Shown here: positions 48,617 to 60,756 of the stretch, piece after piece | Position numbering within the stretch: position 1 is the first letter of the stretch | How the letters are laid out: the number at the start of each line of letters is the position of its first letter | Source: Sulfurihydrogenibium sp. | GTDB lineage: Bacteria > Aquificota > Aquificia > Aquificales > Hydrogenothermaceae | Assembly (NCBI GenBank): GCA_037442825.1 | Contig: JBBIPN010000001.1 | Coordinates: forward strand, 2,325-66,324 | DNA: 64,000 bases | Reading direction: 5' to 3' | Notes under the pieces: generated by a model | The model's input: only the letters and a program-made list of their open reading frames with translations | Told to the model about the DNA's origin: nothing | Database searches by the model: none | Program-made: the position numbers and the translations under genes

Positions 48617-49893
48617 TTTTCAAAACCTTCATAATCTAAAATATAATTTAAAGATTCTTCAACATTTTCATTTATTTCTCTAACATTAATTCTTAAATTC
48701 TTTTCCAAGAAAGATCTTGAAAAATGTTCTACTATTTCACTTTCAAACCTTTTGATAAAAGAATATGCTCCTGATATAGGAGTAAATGGAAGAAGTATTG
48801 GTACAATAAGTAAGTCTTTTTGTTTCATATAGATTTCATCTCCAATATCTAATCCTCTTATCTGTTTTTGAATAAAGTAATAGAAACTTCCTTTATAAGG
48901 ATAGTTTTTCACGTAAATAACTACAAGAGACGAATCGAGGCCAAAGTTTTCATAAATTTCTGCCATTCTTATAGTCTCTTTCAAAAATTCAAAGCTGAAA
49001 TCTCTGTATTTTGAAATAAGTTTACTATTTTTCATTATAAAACTTTCTTCATTTGCAATATAGGAAATAAATAAACTTATCATTAACAAATTATCTAAAT
49101 TTAAAGAAAGAAAATCCATCTTTTCAATGACAAATAGATATGCTTTATTTTCATTAATAAACACAGGAACAACTGCAAGATATTTTGTAGATTTTTCTAC
49201 ATAAGTTAAAAATGTTATAGATTTATCTTCTAATGCTTTTTGAATAAGTATATCATCTACATCTATTTTAAAATCATCATCTGTTAAAAAAATAGTTTTG
49301 TATTCTTTTTCATATACTGAAATCTTTATAAATCCAGCTCTTTCTATATTAAAGGTATGAATTATTAAAGAACAGAGATTTTGAAAAACAGAATTAATGT
49401 TTTTCTCTTCTAACATTTGTTGTCTAATTTGAATAATAATTCCTCTAATACTAACAGGTTTTAAAATATACTGTTTTTCTAATTGATCATGGGAAACTTT
49501 TAAAATCATAAACTCTTTTGCTAAATCTCTCAATTTCTCTTCTATATATTTATATTTCTCTTCACTTCTTTTTGTTTTCTCTTGCCAGTAATAGTAAAAT
49601 TCAGAACATATCAATAAAATCAAAAAAGACAATAAGAAAATCTCCGTTGGAAAATATTTATAGAATAAAGTAAAACTCCCAATAAATAGTATTAAATAAA
49701 CGAATCCAGCTAAAAATCCATAATACAAGGAAAAAACAATAAGAGGTATAAGATAAATAAAGTATATATAAAATACATTCGTCTTTAAAAGAAAAGGGTC
49801 ATTAGGACTAAAATAGTAACCAATTCCTACAATTAATAATAAAAATAGAATTACTTCGGCAACTAATATTTTTAAGCTTATTTCTTTTAACAC
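48613..49893 (-). CDS. pelD: c-di-GMP receptor PelD (TM-GAF-degenerate GGDEF)
   Basis: Four TMs; LKVSHDQLE coiled coil; I-site RGLD at 48847-48858; ILLPFT. Confidence 0.88.
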   Translation of the reverse strand: MLKEISLKILVAEVILFLLLIVGIGYYFSPNDPFLLKTNVFYIYFIYLIPLIVFSLYYGFLAGFVYLILFIGSFTLFYKYFPTEIFLLSFLILLICSEFYYYWQEKTKRSEEKYKYIEEKLRDLAKEFMILKVSHDQLEKQYILKPVSIRGIIIQIRQQMLEEKNINSVFQNLCSLIIHTFNIERAGFIKISVYEKEYKTIFLTDDDFKIDVDDILIQKALEDKSITFLTYVEKSTKYLAVVPVFINENKAYLFVIEKMDFLSLNLDNLLMISLFISYIANEESFIMKNSKLISKYRDFSFEFLKETIRMAEIYENFGLDSSLVVIYVKNYPYKGSFYYFIQKQIRGLDIGDEIYMKQKDLLIVPILLPFTPISGAYSFIKRFESEIVEHFSRSFLEKNLRINVREINENVEESLNYILDYEGFEK

Positions 49894-49907
49894 TTTAAAC
49901 TACCTTA

Positions 49908-50393
49908 TTAAGGTATTATACTATTCAAAATTTTCTGTGCTACTGTTGTAATAGATTCATGAGACCAACCTGTTTTTGATCCTACACTTGTATAGAGCTC
50001 TCGACCTTCTTTAATATCATAGATCTTTAACGTTATACTTACAGCTGGTTCACCATCAATACCTGTTTTATATCTAAATTCATTTACTGAGCCAGTGATA
50101 GCATAATCAATATTGTCTTCTTTTAATTTCTCTATCATACTTTTTATTTCACTAGGGCTATAATCTTTATCTTGATTTATTTGCTGAAAAGTAATTTTAT
50201 AACCCTTTGAAGTCAAAACTCCTTCAGTAATAGATTTAACTCTAAGTCCTGCTAAAGGCGTCTCAGTATAATTTTCGAAAGGTAAAACTGTTATTATCTT
50301 ATTTTTCAAATTAGCTTTTGATTTATCTATATTTGTTATGGTAGAGCATGAGGCAATAAGCACAAAGAAACATAAAAAAAGTATTTTTTTCAT
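49908..50393 (-). CDS. pelC: Outer-membrane lipoprotein PelC
   Basis: Lipobox IASC; VLPFENYTETPLAG; EFRYKTGIDGEPAV. Confidence 0.9.
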   Translation of the reverse strand: MKKILFLCFFVLIASCSTITNIDKSKANLKNKIITVLPFENYTETPLAGLRVKSITEGVLTSKGYKITFQQINQDKDYSPSEIKSMIEKLKEDNIDYAITGSVNEFRYKTGIDGEPAVSITLKIYDIKEGRELYTSVGSKTGWSHESITTVAQKILNSIIP

Positions 50394-50425
50394 TTTTCCA
50401 TTCCTCCAATTAATTAGTTAAATCT

Positions 50426-51433
50426 TTATCTTTTTTCCCATTCTAAAGCTGTTTTACAAATAAAATTTAAATCATCATACTTTGGTTTCCAGTTTAATTT
50501 TTTTAATATTTTCTCATTATCTGCTACTAATACTGCTGGATCTCCTTCCCTTCTTTTTGTTATCTCTACTTTAAAATCTAATCCTGATACTTTTTTCATC
50601 GTATTGACAACTTCTAACACAGAATATCCTTTACCATATCCACAGTTAAAAATATCACTTTCATTATCGGATAAATACTCTAAACTCTTTAAATGTGCAT
50701 CTGCTAAATCATCAACATGAATAAAATCTCTTATACATGTTCCATCAGATGTTGGATAATCTGTACCATATACAAACATTTTATCTCTTTTACCAACAGC
50801 AGTTTCTGCTGCTACTTTTATTAAATGGGTTGCATTTGGAAATCTTTGTCCTATTCTAATTTTTGCATCTGCACCAGCTACATTAAAGTATCTAAGAATT
50901 ACATATTTAAAGTTAGAGTTGGAAAAACCAACATCTTTTAATACCATCTCACTCATTAATTTAGTTCTACCGTAAGGATTTATAGGGTTTGTTGGTGTAG
51001 TCTCTTTAACAGGAATTTCATCCGGTTCTCCATATACAGCAGCTGTAGAAGAAAATATAAATTTATTTACATTGTATTTTAGGCATAGATTTATTAAATT
51101 TGCTGTATTAACTGTGTTATTTATATAATACTTAATAGGATTTCTAACACTTTCTGGAACAACTATACTTGCAGCAAAATGTATAACAGCATCAAAATCA
51201 CTCGCTTTAAAAATTCCTTCCATTATACTAAAATCTTTTAAATCAGCTTCAATAAACTTAAAATCTCTATTTTTACCAGATTGTTTATTTATATCTTCTA
51301 AAGTTTTTATTGTTTCTATGGATCCAGTTGACAGATTATCTATTATAGTGATGTCAAAATCTGTATTTTCTATTAGCTGTTTTACTACATGACTTCCTAT
51401 ATATCCTGCTCCTCCTGTTATAAGAATATTCAT
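50426..51433 (-). CDS. galE: UDP-glucose/UDP-GlcNAc 4-epimerase (PelX-like position)
   Basis: TGGAGYIGSH, FSSTAAVYG, YGRTK, LRYFN and RDFIHV motifs. Confidence 0.93.
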   Translation of the reverse strand: MNILITGGAGYIGSHVVKQLIENTDFDITIIDNLSTGSIETIKTLEDINKQSGKNRDFKFIEADLKDFSIMEGIFKASDFDAVIHFAASIVVPESVRNPIKYYINNTVNTANLINLCLKYNVNKFIFSSTAAVYGEPDEIPVKETTPTNPINPYGRTKLMSEMVLKDVGFSNSNFKYVILRYFNVAGADAKIRIGQRFPNATHLIKVAAETAVGKRDKMFVYGTDYPTSDGTCIRDFIHVDDLADAHLKSLEYLSDNESDIFNCGYGKGYSVLEVVNTMKKVSGLDFKVEITKRREGDPAVLVADNEKILKKLNWKPKYDDLNFICKTALEWEKR

Positions 51434-51933
51434 TTCCTACCTCTCAATTTGTTAATTATTTCTTCTACTATCTGATTGGGATTTTTTCTATCTGCATTAA
51501 TTCTTATATTAGCTAAACTATATATCTTTTTTCTATTTTCATATAATTTTTTTAAATCGGCTGGTGGGAGTTTTAACAAAGGTCTATTTTCATCATTTTT
51601 ACACCTTTCAAGTATAGTATTTAAAGTTACATCTAACCAAATAACATTACCTGTTTCTCTCATAACTTTCATATTATCTAAATCTGCTCCAAGACCACCA
51701 CCAGTAGAAACAACATAACCCTTACTTTTTGATAAATTATTAATTTCGATTTTTTCTAAATTTCTAAAGTACGATTCTCCTTCTTTTTCAAAAATCTCTT
51801 TAATATATCTATTTTCCTTTTTTTCTATCAATTTATCAACATCTATAAATGTTAAACTAAGTTTAGTTGCAAGTAACTTTCCAACAGTTGATTTACCACT
51901 GCCCATAAAGCCTACAAGATATATATTTTCCAT
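51430..51933 (-). CDS. aroK: Shikimate kinase
   Basis: GFMGSGKST, GESYFR, STGGG and RPLL motifs. Confidence 0.96.
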   Translation of the reverse strand: MENIYLVGFMGSGKSTVGKLLATKLSLTFIDVDKLIEKKENRYIKEIFEKEGESYFRNLEKIEINNLSKSKGYVVSTGGGLGADLDNMKVMRETGNVIWLDVTLNTILERCKNDENRPLLKLPPADLKKLYENRKKIYSLANIRINADRKNPNQIVEEIINKLRGRK

Positions 51934-52001
51934 AAATTGCCGCCTAAGTTTATGATATAATCATTTTAACATAGTTAGAGATAATAAACCTTGGAGGAAA
52001 A

Positions 52002-53687
52002 ATGTTAGCCAGTAAGTATTTTATGCCTACACTTAAAGAAACTCCATCTGATGCTGTAGTACCAAGTCATATATATTTAGTAAGGGGAGGATTTATAAGA
52101 AATTTAGCTGCAGGTCTATACGAATATCTTCCACTTGGACTTAGAGTATTGAAAAAAATAGAAAATGTAATAAGAAAGTATATGGATGAAGCCGGAGCTT
52201 TAGAACTACTTCTTCCTATACTTACACCTGCAGAACTTTGGAAGGAAACAGGTAGATGGGATGTATACGGAAAAGAGCTTTTTAGACTAAAAGATAGGAA
52301 AGATGCTGAATTTGCCCTCGGTCCTACTCATGAAGAAACAATAACAGATTTAGTCAGGAAAAATGTAAAATCGTACAAAGATTTACCATTAAACTTCTAT
52401 CAAATACAAACAAAGTTTAGAGATGAAGCAAGACCAAGGTACGGACTAATCAGAGGTAGAGAATTCGTAATGAAAGATGGATATTCCTTTGACATATCAG
52501 AAGAAGATGCTATTAAAACATACGAGATTATGAAAGAAGCATACAATAAAATATTTAAAGATCTTAAATTAGATTTTCTTATGGTTGAAGCAGATGTAGG
52601 AGCAATAGGTGGTAAGTTTTCCCATGAATTTGTTGTAAAAGTGCCTTCTGGAGAAGCTCATATTGTATACTGTCAAAACTGTGGTTATGCTGCAAATATA
52701 GAAGCTGCTAAATTTCATCACCACAAACTACCACCAGAAGAACCAAAAAATTTAGAGAAAGTTTATACACCAAATATAAAATCTGTTGAAGAAGTAAGTC
52801 AATTTTTAAATGTTCCGATAAATAAGATTGTAAAAACATTAATCTATAAAATAGATGATAAAGATTTTGTAGCTATCTTAATAAGAGGTGATAGAGATAT
52901 AAACGAAACAAAACTTTCAAACTATTTTAAAGCATTAGATGTAAGACTTGCAACATCTGAAGAACTTGAGAAATTAAACATACCAGAAGGTTTTGTAGGA
53001 CCTATAAATTTAAACTTTCCAATCTATGGAGATTACTCAATTAAAGAGCTTTACAACTTTGTTGTAGGTGCAAATGAAAAAGATCATCACTATATTAATA
53101 TAAATCTTGATAGAGATTTTAAAGTAAAAGCATTTCATGATTTTGCAACAGCTAAAGAATCAGATCCTTGCCCTGTTTGTAAAAATCCATTAAAAGAAAC
53201 TACAGGCCTTGAAGTTGGGCATATTTTCCTACTTGGAACCAAGTATTCAGCAGCAATGGAAGCAAATTTTGTAGATAGAGATGGTAAAGAAAAACCAATT
53301 ATTATGGGATGTTATGGTATTGGTGTAAGCAGATTAATTGCAGCTATGGTAGAGCAGTACCATGATGAAAAAGGTATAGTATGGCCTGAAAACATAGCTC
53401 CATTTCAATACCATATACTTGTTTTAAACCCTAAAGACGAAAAAAGTATAGATGTAGGATTTATGATATACGACAAATTAAGAAAGAAAAATAAGGAAGT
53501 TCTTCTAGATGAAAGGGATATATCTCCAGGTGCAAAATTTAAAGATGCTGACTTAATAGGTATCCCTTATAGAATAGTAATAGGAAAAGCTTTATCTGAA
53601 GGAAAAGTTGAGTATCAAACAAGAGATGGAAAAGTAAAAGAATTGATAGATATTAAAGACATAGATAGTTTTATAGGAAAGGTTTAA
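52002..53687 (+). CDS. proS: Proline--tRNA ligase
   Basis: GPTHEE, QTKFRDEARPR and MGCYGIG motifs; INS editing domain. Confidence 0.98.
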   Translation: MLASKYFMPTLKETPSDAVVPSHIYLVRGGFIRNLAAGLYEYLPLGLRVLKKIENVIRKYMDEAGALELLLPILTPAELWKETGRWDVYGKELFRLKDRKDAEFALGPTHEETITDLVRKNVKSYKDLPLNFYQIQTKFRDEARPRYGLIRGREFVMKDGYSFDISEEDAIKTYEIMKEAYNKIFKDLKLDFLMVEADVGAIGGKFSHEFVVKVPSGEAHIVYCQNCGYAANIEAAKFHHHKLPPEEPKNLEKVYTPNIKSVEEVSQFLNVPINKIVKTLIYKIDDKDFVAILIRGDRDINETKLSNYFKALDVRLATSEELEKLNIPEGFVGPINLNFPIYGDYSIKELYNFVVGANEKDHHYININLDRDFKVKAFHDFATAKESDPCPVCKNPLKETTGLEVGHIFLLGTKYSAAMEANFVDRDGKEKPIIMGCYGIGVSRLIAAMVEQYHDEKGIVWPENIAPFQYHILVLNPKDEKSIDVGFMIYDKLRKKNKEVLLDERDISPGAKFKDADLIGIPYRIVIGKALSEGKVEYQTRDGKVKELIDIKDIDSFIGKV

Positions 53688-53691
53688 AGAT

Positions 53692-53830
53692 ATGGATGAA
53701 AAAGATGAATTAGATTTAAATAATCTATGCTTTATCACAAGGAATGAAAACATTAAGACAAGATGGAATGTTAAAAGCTTTAAATGGGATAACAACTGTT
53801 GAAGAAGTTATTAAAAATACTTTAGAATAA
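53692..53830 (+). pseudogene. C-terminal remnant of a GspE/PilB-type secretion ATPase
   Basis: 53729-53830 translates to ALSQGMKTLRQDGMLKALNGITTVEEVIKNTLE*, the typical GspE/PilB tail; no ATPase domain upstream. Confidence 0.8.
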
Positions 53831-53852
53831 TATAAAAATTCTGTGAGGCAAA

Positions 53853-55229
53853 ATGAAGGTAATAATACTTGCTGGTGGTTCTGGAACAAGACTTTGGCCT
53901 TTATCAAGGAAAAACTATCCAAAACAGTTTTTAAAAATAGGAAATGATAAATCTCTTTTACAACAGACAGTTGAAAGAGTAAAAAAACTTGTAGCAGATG
54001 AGGATATTTTAGTTATAACAAATAAAGATTATAAATTTCACATAAAAGCAGAACTTAAAAATCTACCAGAAGAAAATATAATACTTGAACCAGAAGCTAA
54101 AAACACAGCACCAGCTATAGCTTTAGCTGTTAAATACTGTTTAGATAAACTTCAATGTAGTGAAGATGAAACCATACTTATTTTGCCTTCAGACCATATC
54201 ATAAAACCAAAAGAAAAATTTAACGATTATATAAAATCAGCATCAGATTTAGCTAAAGATCATATTATTACATTTGGTATAAAGCTAACAAAACCAGAAA
54301 CAGGATATGGATACATTAAGATAGGAGAAAAAATAAAAGACAACTTTTTTAAAGTAAATAAATTTACAGAAAAACCAGATTTAGAAACAGCAAAAAGATA
54401 TATAGAAAGTGGTGACTATTTCTGGAATTCTGGGATGTTTATGTTTAGCATTAAAACAATAAAAGAAGAGTTTGAAAAATATTCTCCAGAAATATCTAAA
54501 ATATTTTCTCAAACTTTTGAAGAATCTGTTAATACTTTTTCTAAAATGCCAAATATATCCATAGATTATGAAATTATAGAAAAATCAAACAGAGTAATAA
54601 CAACTCTTTTAGATATTAAGTGGAGTGATATAGGTTCTTGGGATGCTTTAGATGAAATTTCAGAAAAAGACAGTTTTGGAAATGTAAAAGTAGGAGATGC
54701 TTTAACCTTTGACACAAAAAATACATTTATACTTGGAAATAAAAGGCTTATTGTAGCTTTAGGTTTAGAAGATTTAATTATAGCAGAAACAGATGATGCA
54801 ATACTGATAGCCAAGAAAGGAGAAACTCAAAAGGTTAAAAATGTTGTTGAAAGCCTTTCAAAAACTGGAAGAAAGGAAGCAATAGAACATACTACCGTCT
54901 ATAGACCATGGGGGTCATATACATTACTTGAAACAGGTGAAAGGTATAAGATAAAAAAAATAGTTGTAAACCCAGGACAAAAACTTAGCTTTCAGATGCA
55001 TCATCATAGGAGTGAACACTGGGTTGTAGTTAAAGGAACAGCAAAAGTTACTATAGAAAACAAAGAAATATTTTTACATGAAAATGAATCTACATACGTA
55101 CCAAAATCTACACCACATAGGCTTGAAAATGTAGGAAAGATACCACTTGAGATAATAGAAGTTCAAAATGGAGAATATATAGAAGAAGATGATATTATAA
55201 GGTTTGACGATGCATATGGCAGACAATAA
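53853..55229 (+). CDS. manC: Mannose-1-phosphate guanylyltransferase / mannose-6-phosphate isomerase
   Basis: LAGGSGTRLWPLSR, WNSGMF, SIDY and WSDIGSW motifs; C-terminal cupin RPWG ... HHHRSEHW. Confidence 0.95.
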   Translation: MKVIILAGGSGTRLWPLSRKNYPKQFLKIGNDKSLLQQTVERVKKLVADEDILVITNKDYKFHIKAELKNLPEENIILEPEAKNTAPAIALAVKYCLDKLQCSEDETILILPSDHIIKPKEKFNDYIKSASDLAKDHIITFGIKLTKPETGYGYIKIGEKIKDNFFKVNKFTEKPDLETAKRYIESGDYFWNSGMFMFSIKTIKEEFEKYSPEISKIFSQTFEESVNTFSKMPNISIDYEIIEKSNRVITTLLDIKWSDIGSWDALDEISEKDSFGNVKVGDALTFDTKNTFILGNKRLIVALGLEDLIIAETDDAILIAKKGETQKVKNVVESLSKTGRKEAIEHTTVYRPWGSYTLLETGERYKIKKIVVNPGQKLSFQMHHHRSEHWVVVKGTAKVTIENKEIFLHENESTYVPKSTPHRLENVGKIPLEIIEVQNGEYIEEDDIIRFDDAYGRQ

Positions 55230-56817
55230 ACATCAGATAAATCTTTTTATTTTTCTAACTATCTTTATACTTATATGGAACTTCTGGTATAACGATATTT
55301 GGATTCCAAATGAAAGCTTTTATGCTGAATCTGTTAGAGAGATGTTTGAATCTAAAAATTTTTTAGATATATACTACAACTATGAACCACGTTTTAATAA
55401 ACCACCATTAACTTACTGGTCCCTAGCTTTATCTGTATTTATCTTTGGATTAAACGAGTTTGCTATAAGATTACCTATAGTCTTAATGGCTATTGGAAGC
55501 ATTTTTCTCACTTATAAAATAGCCCAGATTCTTTTTGATAAAAAAGTAGCTATTTTTTCTTTTTTTGTTATGGCATTTAGTTTTCAATTTGTAATAAACT
55601 CTCGTTATGCTTCTCCAGAAATTCCACTTTTATTTTTCTTTACTCTTACGTTATACTTTTTCATAAAAGGTTATAAGGAGAATAGATATTTTTACATCTA
55701 TCTATCATATATCTCTTTAGGACTTACTATCTTAACAAAAGGTTATCCTTATCTGGTGGTTTTAAGTGGTATTGTAGGATTTTATCTTCTCTTGGAAAGT
55801 AATTTCAACATTAAAGAATGGATAAAAAAAATTTTAAAACTTAAAGTTTATATAGGACTTCCTATAGCTATAATTGTAGGTTTTAGCTGGATTTTATATA
55901 TGCATTTTAAGTTTGGAAATCAGTTTTGGGACGTTTACAATAAAGAAACCATAAAAAGAGCTTTTGGAGATGATTTCAAATTTTCTAATCTATTTTTCTA
56001 TACTATTGTAATACTTTGGGGATTTTTACCTTACTCTTTAACATTTTATTTCGGCTTCTTAAATAGTTATAGAAGATGGATTAAAGATTTTTCTTTTATA
56101 TTTAGCTGGATTTTTGTAATGTTTGTAATATTTACTATTGCAAAAGGTAAAATACCAACTTACTTTATACAAGCTCATCCAGCATTATCTATTTTTGTTG
56201 GTTATTATCTCGTAAATTATAAACCAGATGGATTAAAAAAGTATCTATGGAACTTTTCTCTTATATTCCCAACGTTAATAGTAATAACTTTAAATTTTCT
56301 TCTTGTGTACCTATTTAAATTAGACTATCTTTATTATCTAATATCTTTCTTTCCTATCTTATACTTTTTAAAGTATAAAGACACCAGACTTTTACCTTTT
56401 ACAGCTATACTTACAACATTTTTAATTTTTACAGTTTCTTTACTCCCAAAAGTTGAAAACTATAGACCTTATAAAGAGATCGGATATATTGTAAACTACA
56501 ATGTACCAGATAGAAAACTACCTTTGATAATTGAAAGAAGATTTTTCCATAACTTACCTTTTTATGCTAAGAGAAAAGTATTGAGAGACTATAGTTTAGA
56601 AGATATAGAAAATTTTAGAAAAGAAAATGGATTCCTACTTGCTTTGATAGATGAAGACAGTTTAAAAAAGCTTGATAATGTTAAAATACTATGGAGCGGT
56701 TATTTATACACTGAAAGCGAGTCACGGTTTGCAGTATTTCTAAAAAATATATATAAACTTGAAAATGGGGAAAAATCAAAATTTGTAAAAATGTATCTTG
56801 TTAAATCACTGTTTTAA
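55204..56817 (+). CDS. ArnT/PMT-family (GT-C) integral-membrane glycosyltransferase
   Basis: NESFYAESVREM, RFNKPPLTYW, EFAIRLP and LTKG motifs; about 13 TM segments. Confidence 0.88.
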   Translation: MTMHMADNKHQINLFIFLTIFILIWNFWYNDIWIPNESFYAESVREMFESKNFLDIYYNYEPRFNKPPLTYWSLALSVFIFGLNEFAIRLPIVLMAIGSIFLTYKIAQILFDKKVAIFSFFVMAFSFQFVINSRYASPEIPLLFFFTLTLYFFIKGYKENRYFYIYLSYISLGLTILTKGYPYLVVLSGIVGFYLLLESNFNIKEWIKKILKLKVYIGLPIAIIVGFSWILYMHFKFGNQFWDVYNKETIKRAFGDDFKFSNLFFYTIVILWGFLPYSLTFYFGFLNSYRRWIKDFSFIFSWIFVMFVIFTIAKGKIPTYFIQAHPALSIFVGYYLVNYKPDGLKKYLWNFSLIFPTLIVITLNFLLVYLFKLDYLYYLISFFPILYFLKYKDTRLLPFTAILTTFLIFTVSLLPKVENYRPYKEIGYIVNYNVPDRKLPLIIERRFFHNLPFYAKRKVLRDYSLEDIENFRKENGFLLALIDEDSLKKLDNVKILWSGYLYTESESRFAVFLKNIYKLENGEKSKFVKMYLVKSLF

Positions 56818-57075
56818 ATGTTGAATACCTAAAAAAACTATCCTGTATACAAATAGTAACGTAGTTAATGCCCATCCTAAAACTATAGATATTAGGAAGA
56901 TAGAGAGAAGAGATTTTCTCTCCTCTTTTGGTTTTCTATTATAATAGATAGTTAGAGCTATATTAAAAATAATTGTTAAAACCATTATTGATATTATAAA
57001 AACAACAACAGATATTGTTAGGTCTGTACCAACTTGGACAAGCTTTTCCTCTGCCTGCCTCATAATATCATACAT
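56806..57075 (-). CDS. Small hypothetical membrane protein (2 TM)
   Basis: ATG at 57075 follows GGAGAGG; two hydrophobic helices. Confidence 0.6.
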   Translation of the reverse strand: MYDIMRQAEEKLVQVGTDLTISVVVFIISIMVLTIIFNIALTIYYNRKPKEERKSLLSIFLISIVLGWALTTLLFVYRIVFLGIQHLKQ

Positions 57076-57088
57076 TTTAAACCTCTCC

Positions 57089-59165
<2,077 letters not shown>

Positions 59166-59227
59166 AAAAACCTCCTTTCAGTAATGTATAATAATTTTAT
59201 CATAAATAAAAAGGATGATTAAAACAA

Positions 59228-60250
59228 TTAAATAAAACTTTTTCTATTTTGATACTTATAAACCGATAAAAAGAAAACAACTAAAACTAATGGGTAAACA
59301 AAAAATAAAATAGGTAATTTTTCTATGAGTTTCAAAAAGTAAAAATTTAAAATCATATAAGATATACCTATACTTATTGAATATACTAAAAGACTTTCTT
59401 TACTTTGAAATAGCATTAAACCAATCAAAAAACCGATGTATCCTAAAAATGCAAAAGGAATAAAAAAGAATATCCTATCAGCTAAAACAGTTAATACTTT
59501 TTCTTTAGCATTATATTTATCAAAAAATGTTTTAACAAGTATTGATGTTTTGTAATCTTCAATTGGAATTTCCTTTAAATATGTAACATCTATGTTAAAT
59601 TTATACTTTTCGTACTTTATAGTGTTAAAAGATTTTTCAGATGGGATTTGTATATAGCCGTCTTTTAATAAAAGTTTATTCCTAAAAAAAGTTCCCTCTT
59701 TTGCCGTTATAAGATAACCATTTGATAAGTTATATATAAAAACGTTATAAAAGATATTTCCTTCTTTTTTTTCTATATAAACAGTTATCCTTTCACTAAC
59801 CTTTGAAAAATTTTTCGATGAGATATTTTCAAGAATATAATCTCTTACTTTGTAAGTTAAAAATTTTGCCCTCTCTCTATTTGCATAAGGTATAATTACT
59901 AAAGAAAATATAAAAGAGGCCAACACAAACATTACAGTAGTTATAAATACTGGCTTTAAAAGTTTTTGTTTTGATATACCAGCAGAAAATAAAGCATATA
60001 TCTCATTCCTTTCCCTAATACTTATACCTACAAGTAGCCATCCAATAAAAAATCCAAAAAGAAGTTGATATTTAATAAAAGAGATATCTAAAAGAATTAG
60101 CAACCTTGAAAAATCTAATATGTTCATACCATAAGCAAAGCTTGGTAAATGCAAAAGCTGAGAAGATATAACAATTAAAGAAAAAATTCCTATAAGCATA
60201 AAAAAATTTTTTATAAAAAGCTTGAGGATGTATCTCTCAATAATTTTCAC
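59228..60250 (-). CDS. LptF/LptG-family LPS export permease
   Basis: IIERYILK start, RERNEIYALFSAGIS motif, 3+3 TM layout with a periplasmic domain. Confidence 0.85.
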   Translation of the reverse strand: MKIIERYILKLFIKNFFMLIGIFSLIVISSQLLHLPSFAYGMNILDFSRLLILLDISFIKYQLLFGFFIGWLLVGISIRERNEIYALFSAGISKQKLLKPVFITTVMFVLASFIFSLVIIPYANRERAKFLTYKVRDYILENISSKNFSKVSERITVYIEKKEGNIFYNVFIYNLSNGYLITAKEGTFFRNKLLLKDGYIQIPSEKSFNTIKYEKYKFNIDVTYLKEIPIEDYKTSILVKTFFDKYNAKEKVLTVLADRIFFFIPFAFLGYIGFLIGLMLFQSKESLLVYSISIGISYMILNFYFLKLIEKLPILFFVYPLVLVVFFLSVYKYQNRKSFI

Positions 60251-60753
60251 AGACTAAACCATCCTTCAGGTGGTGTTATCTCTATATTTCCTTCTTCAAG
60301 GTTTATAGACTTAACAAAATTATTTATAAAAGGTAAATGTCTTACTTTATTATCAACACATCTTATTAAGAGATAAACCTGAGATAATCTATCATCTATC
60401 TTTTCAACTTTCCCAATAAGTTTTCCATTAAAGTATACATCTAAACCTAAGAGTTGAAACTCATAGTACTCATTCTCATCCAACTTTGGAAGTAATTCTT
60501 GTGGAATATAGATAAACTTTTGACTTATCTCTTTTGCCTTTTCTAATGTATCATATCCCTTTATCTTTATAAGATTTTTTTTCCTATCTACAATTTCTAT
60601 TTCTAAAGGTATAAAATTATTTTCTTCATCTTTAATATAAATCTCTTTTGGTAGATAAAATCCTTCCAGAAAAATTTCCAACTTTAAATTACCTTTTAAT
60701 CCATGTGTTGAATGAAGTTTTCCTATAATAACTTTATTACTGTTTTTAACCAT
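60247..60753 (-). CDS. rimM: Ribosome maturation factor RimM
   Basis: IGKLHSTHGLKG, EYYEFQLLGL, HLPFI and V-x3-NLEEG motifs. Confidence 0.92.
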   Translation of the reverse strand: MVKNSNKVIIGKLHSTHGLKGNLKLEIFLEGFYLPKEIYIKDEENNFIPLEIEIVDRKKNLIKIKGYDTLEKAKEISQKFIYIPQELLPKLDENEYYEFQLLGLDVYFNGKLIGKVEKIDDRLSQVYLLIRCVDNKVRHLPFINNFVKSINLEEGNIEITPPEGWFSL

Positions 60754-60756
60754 ATT

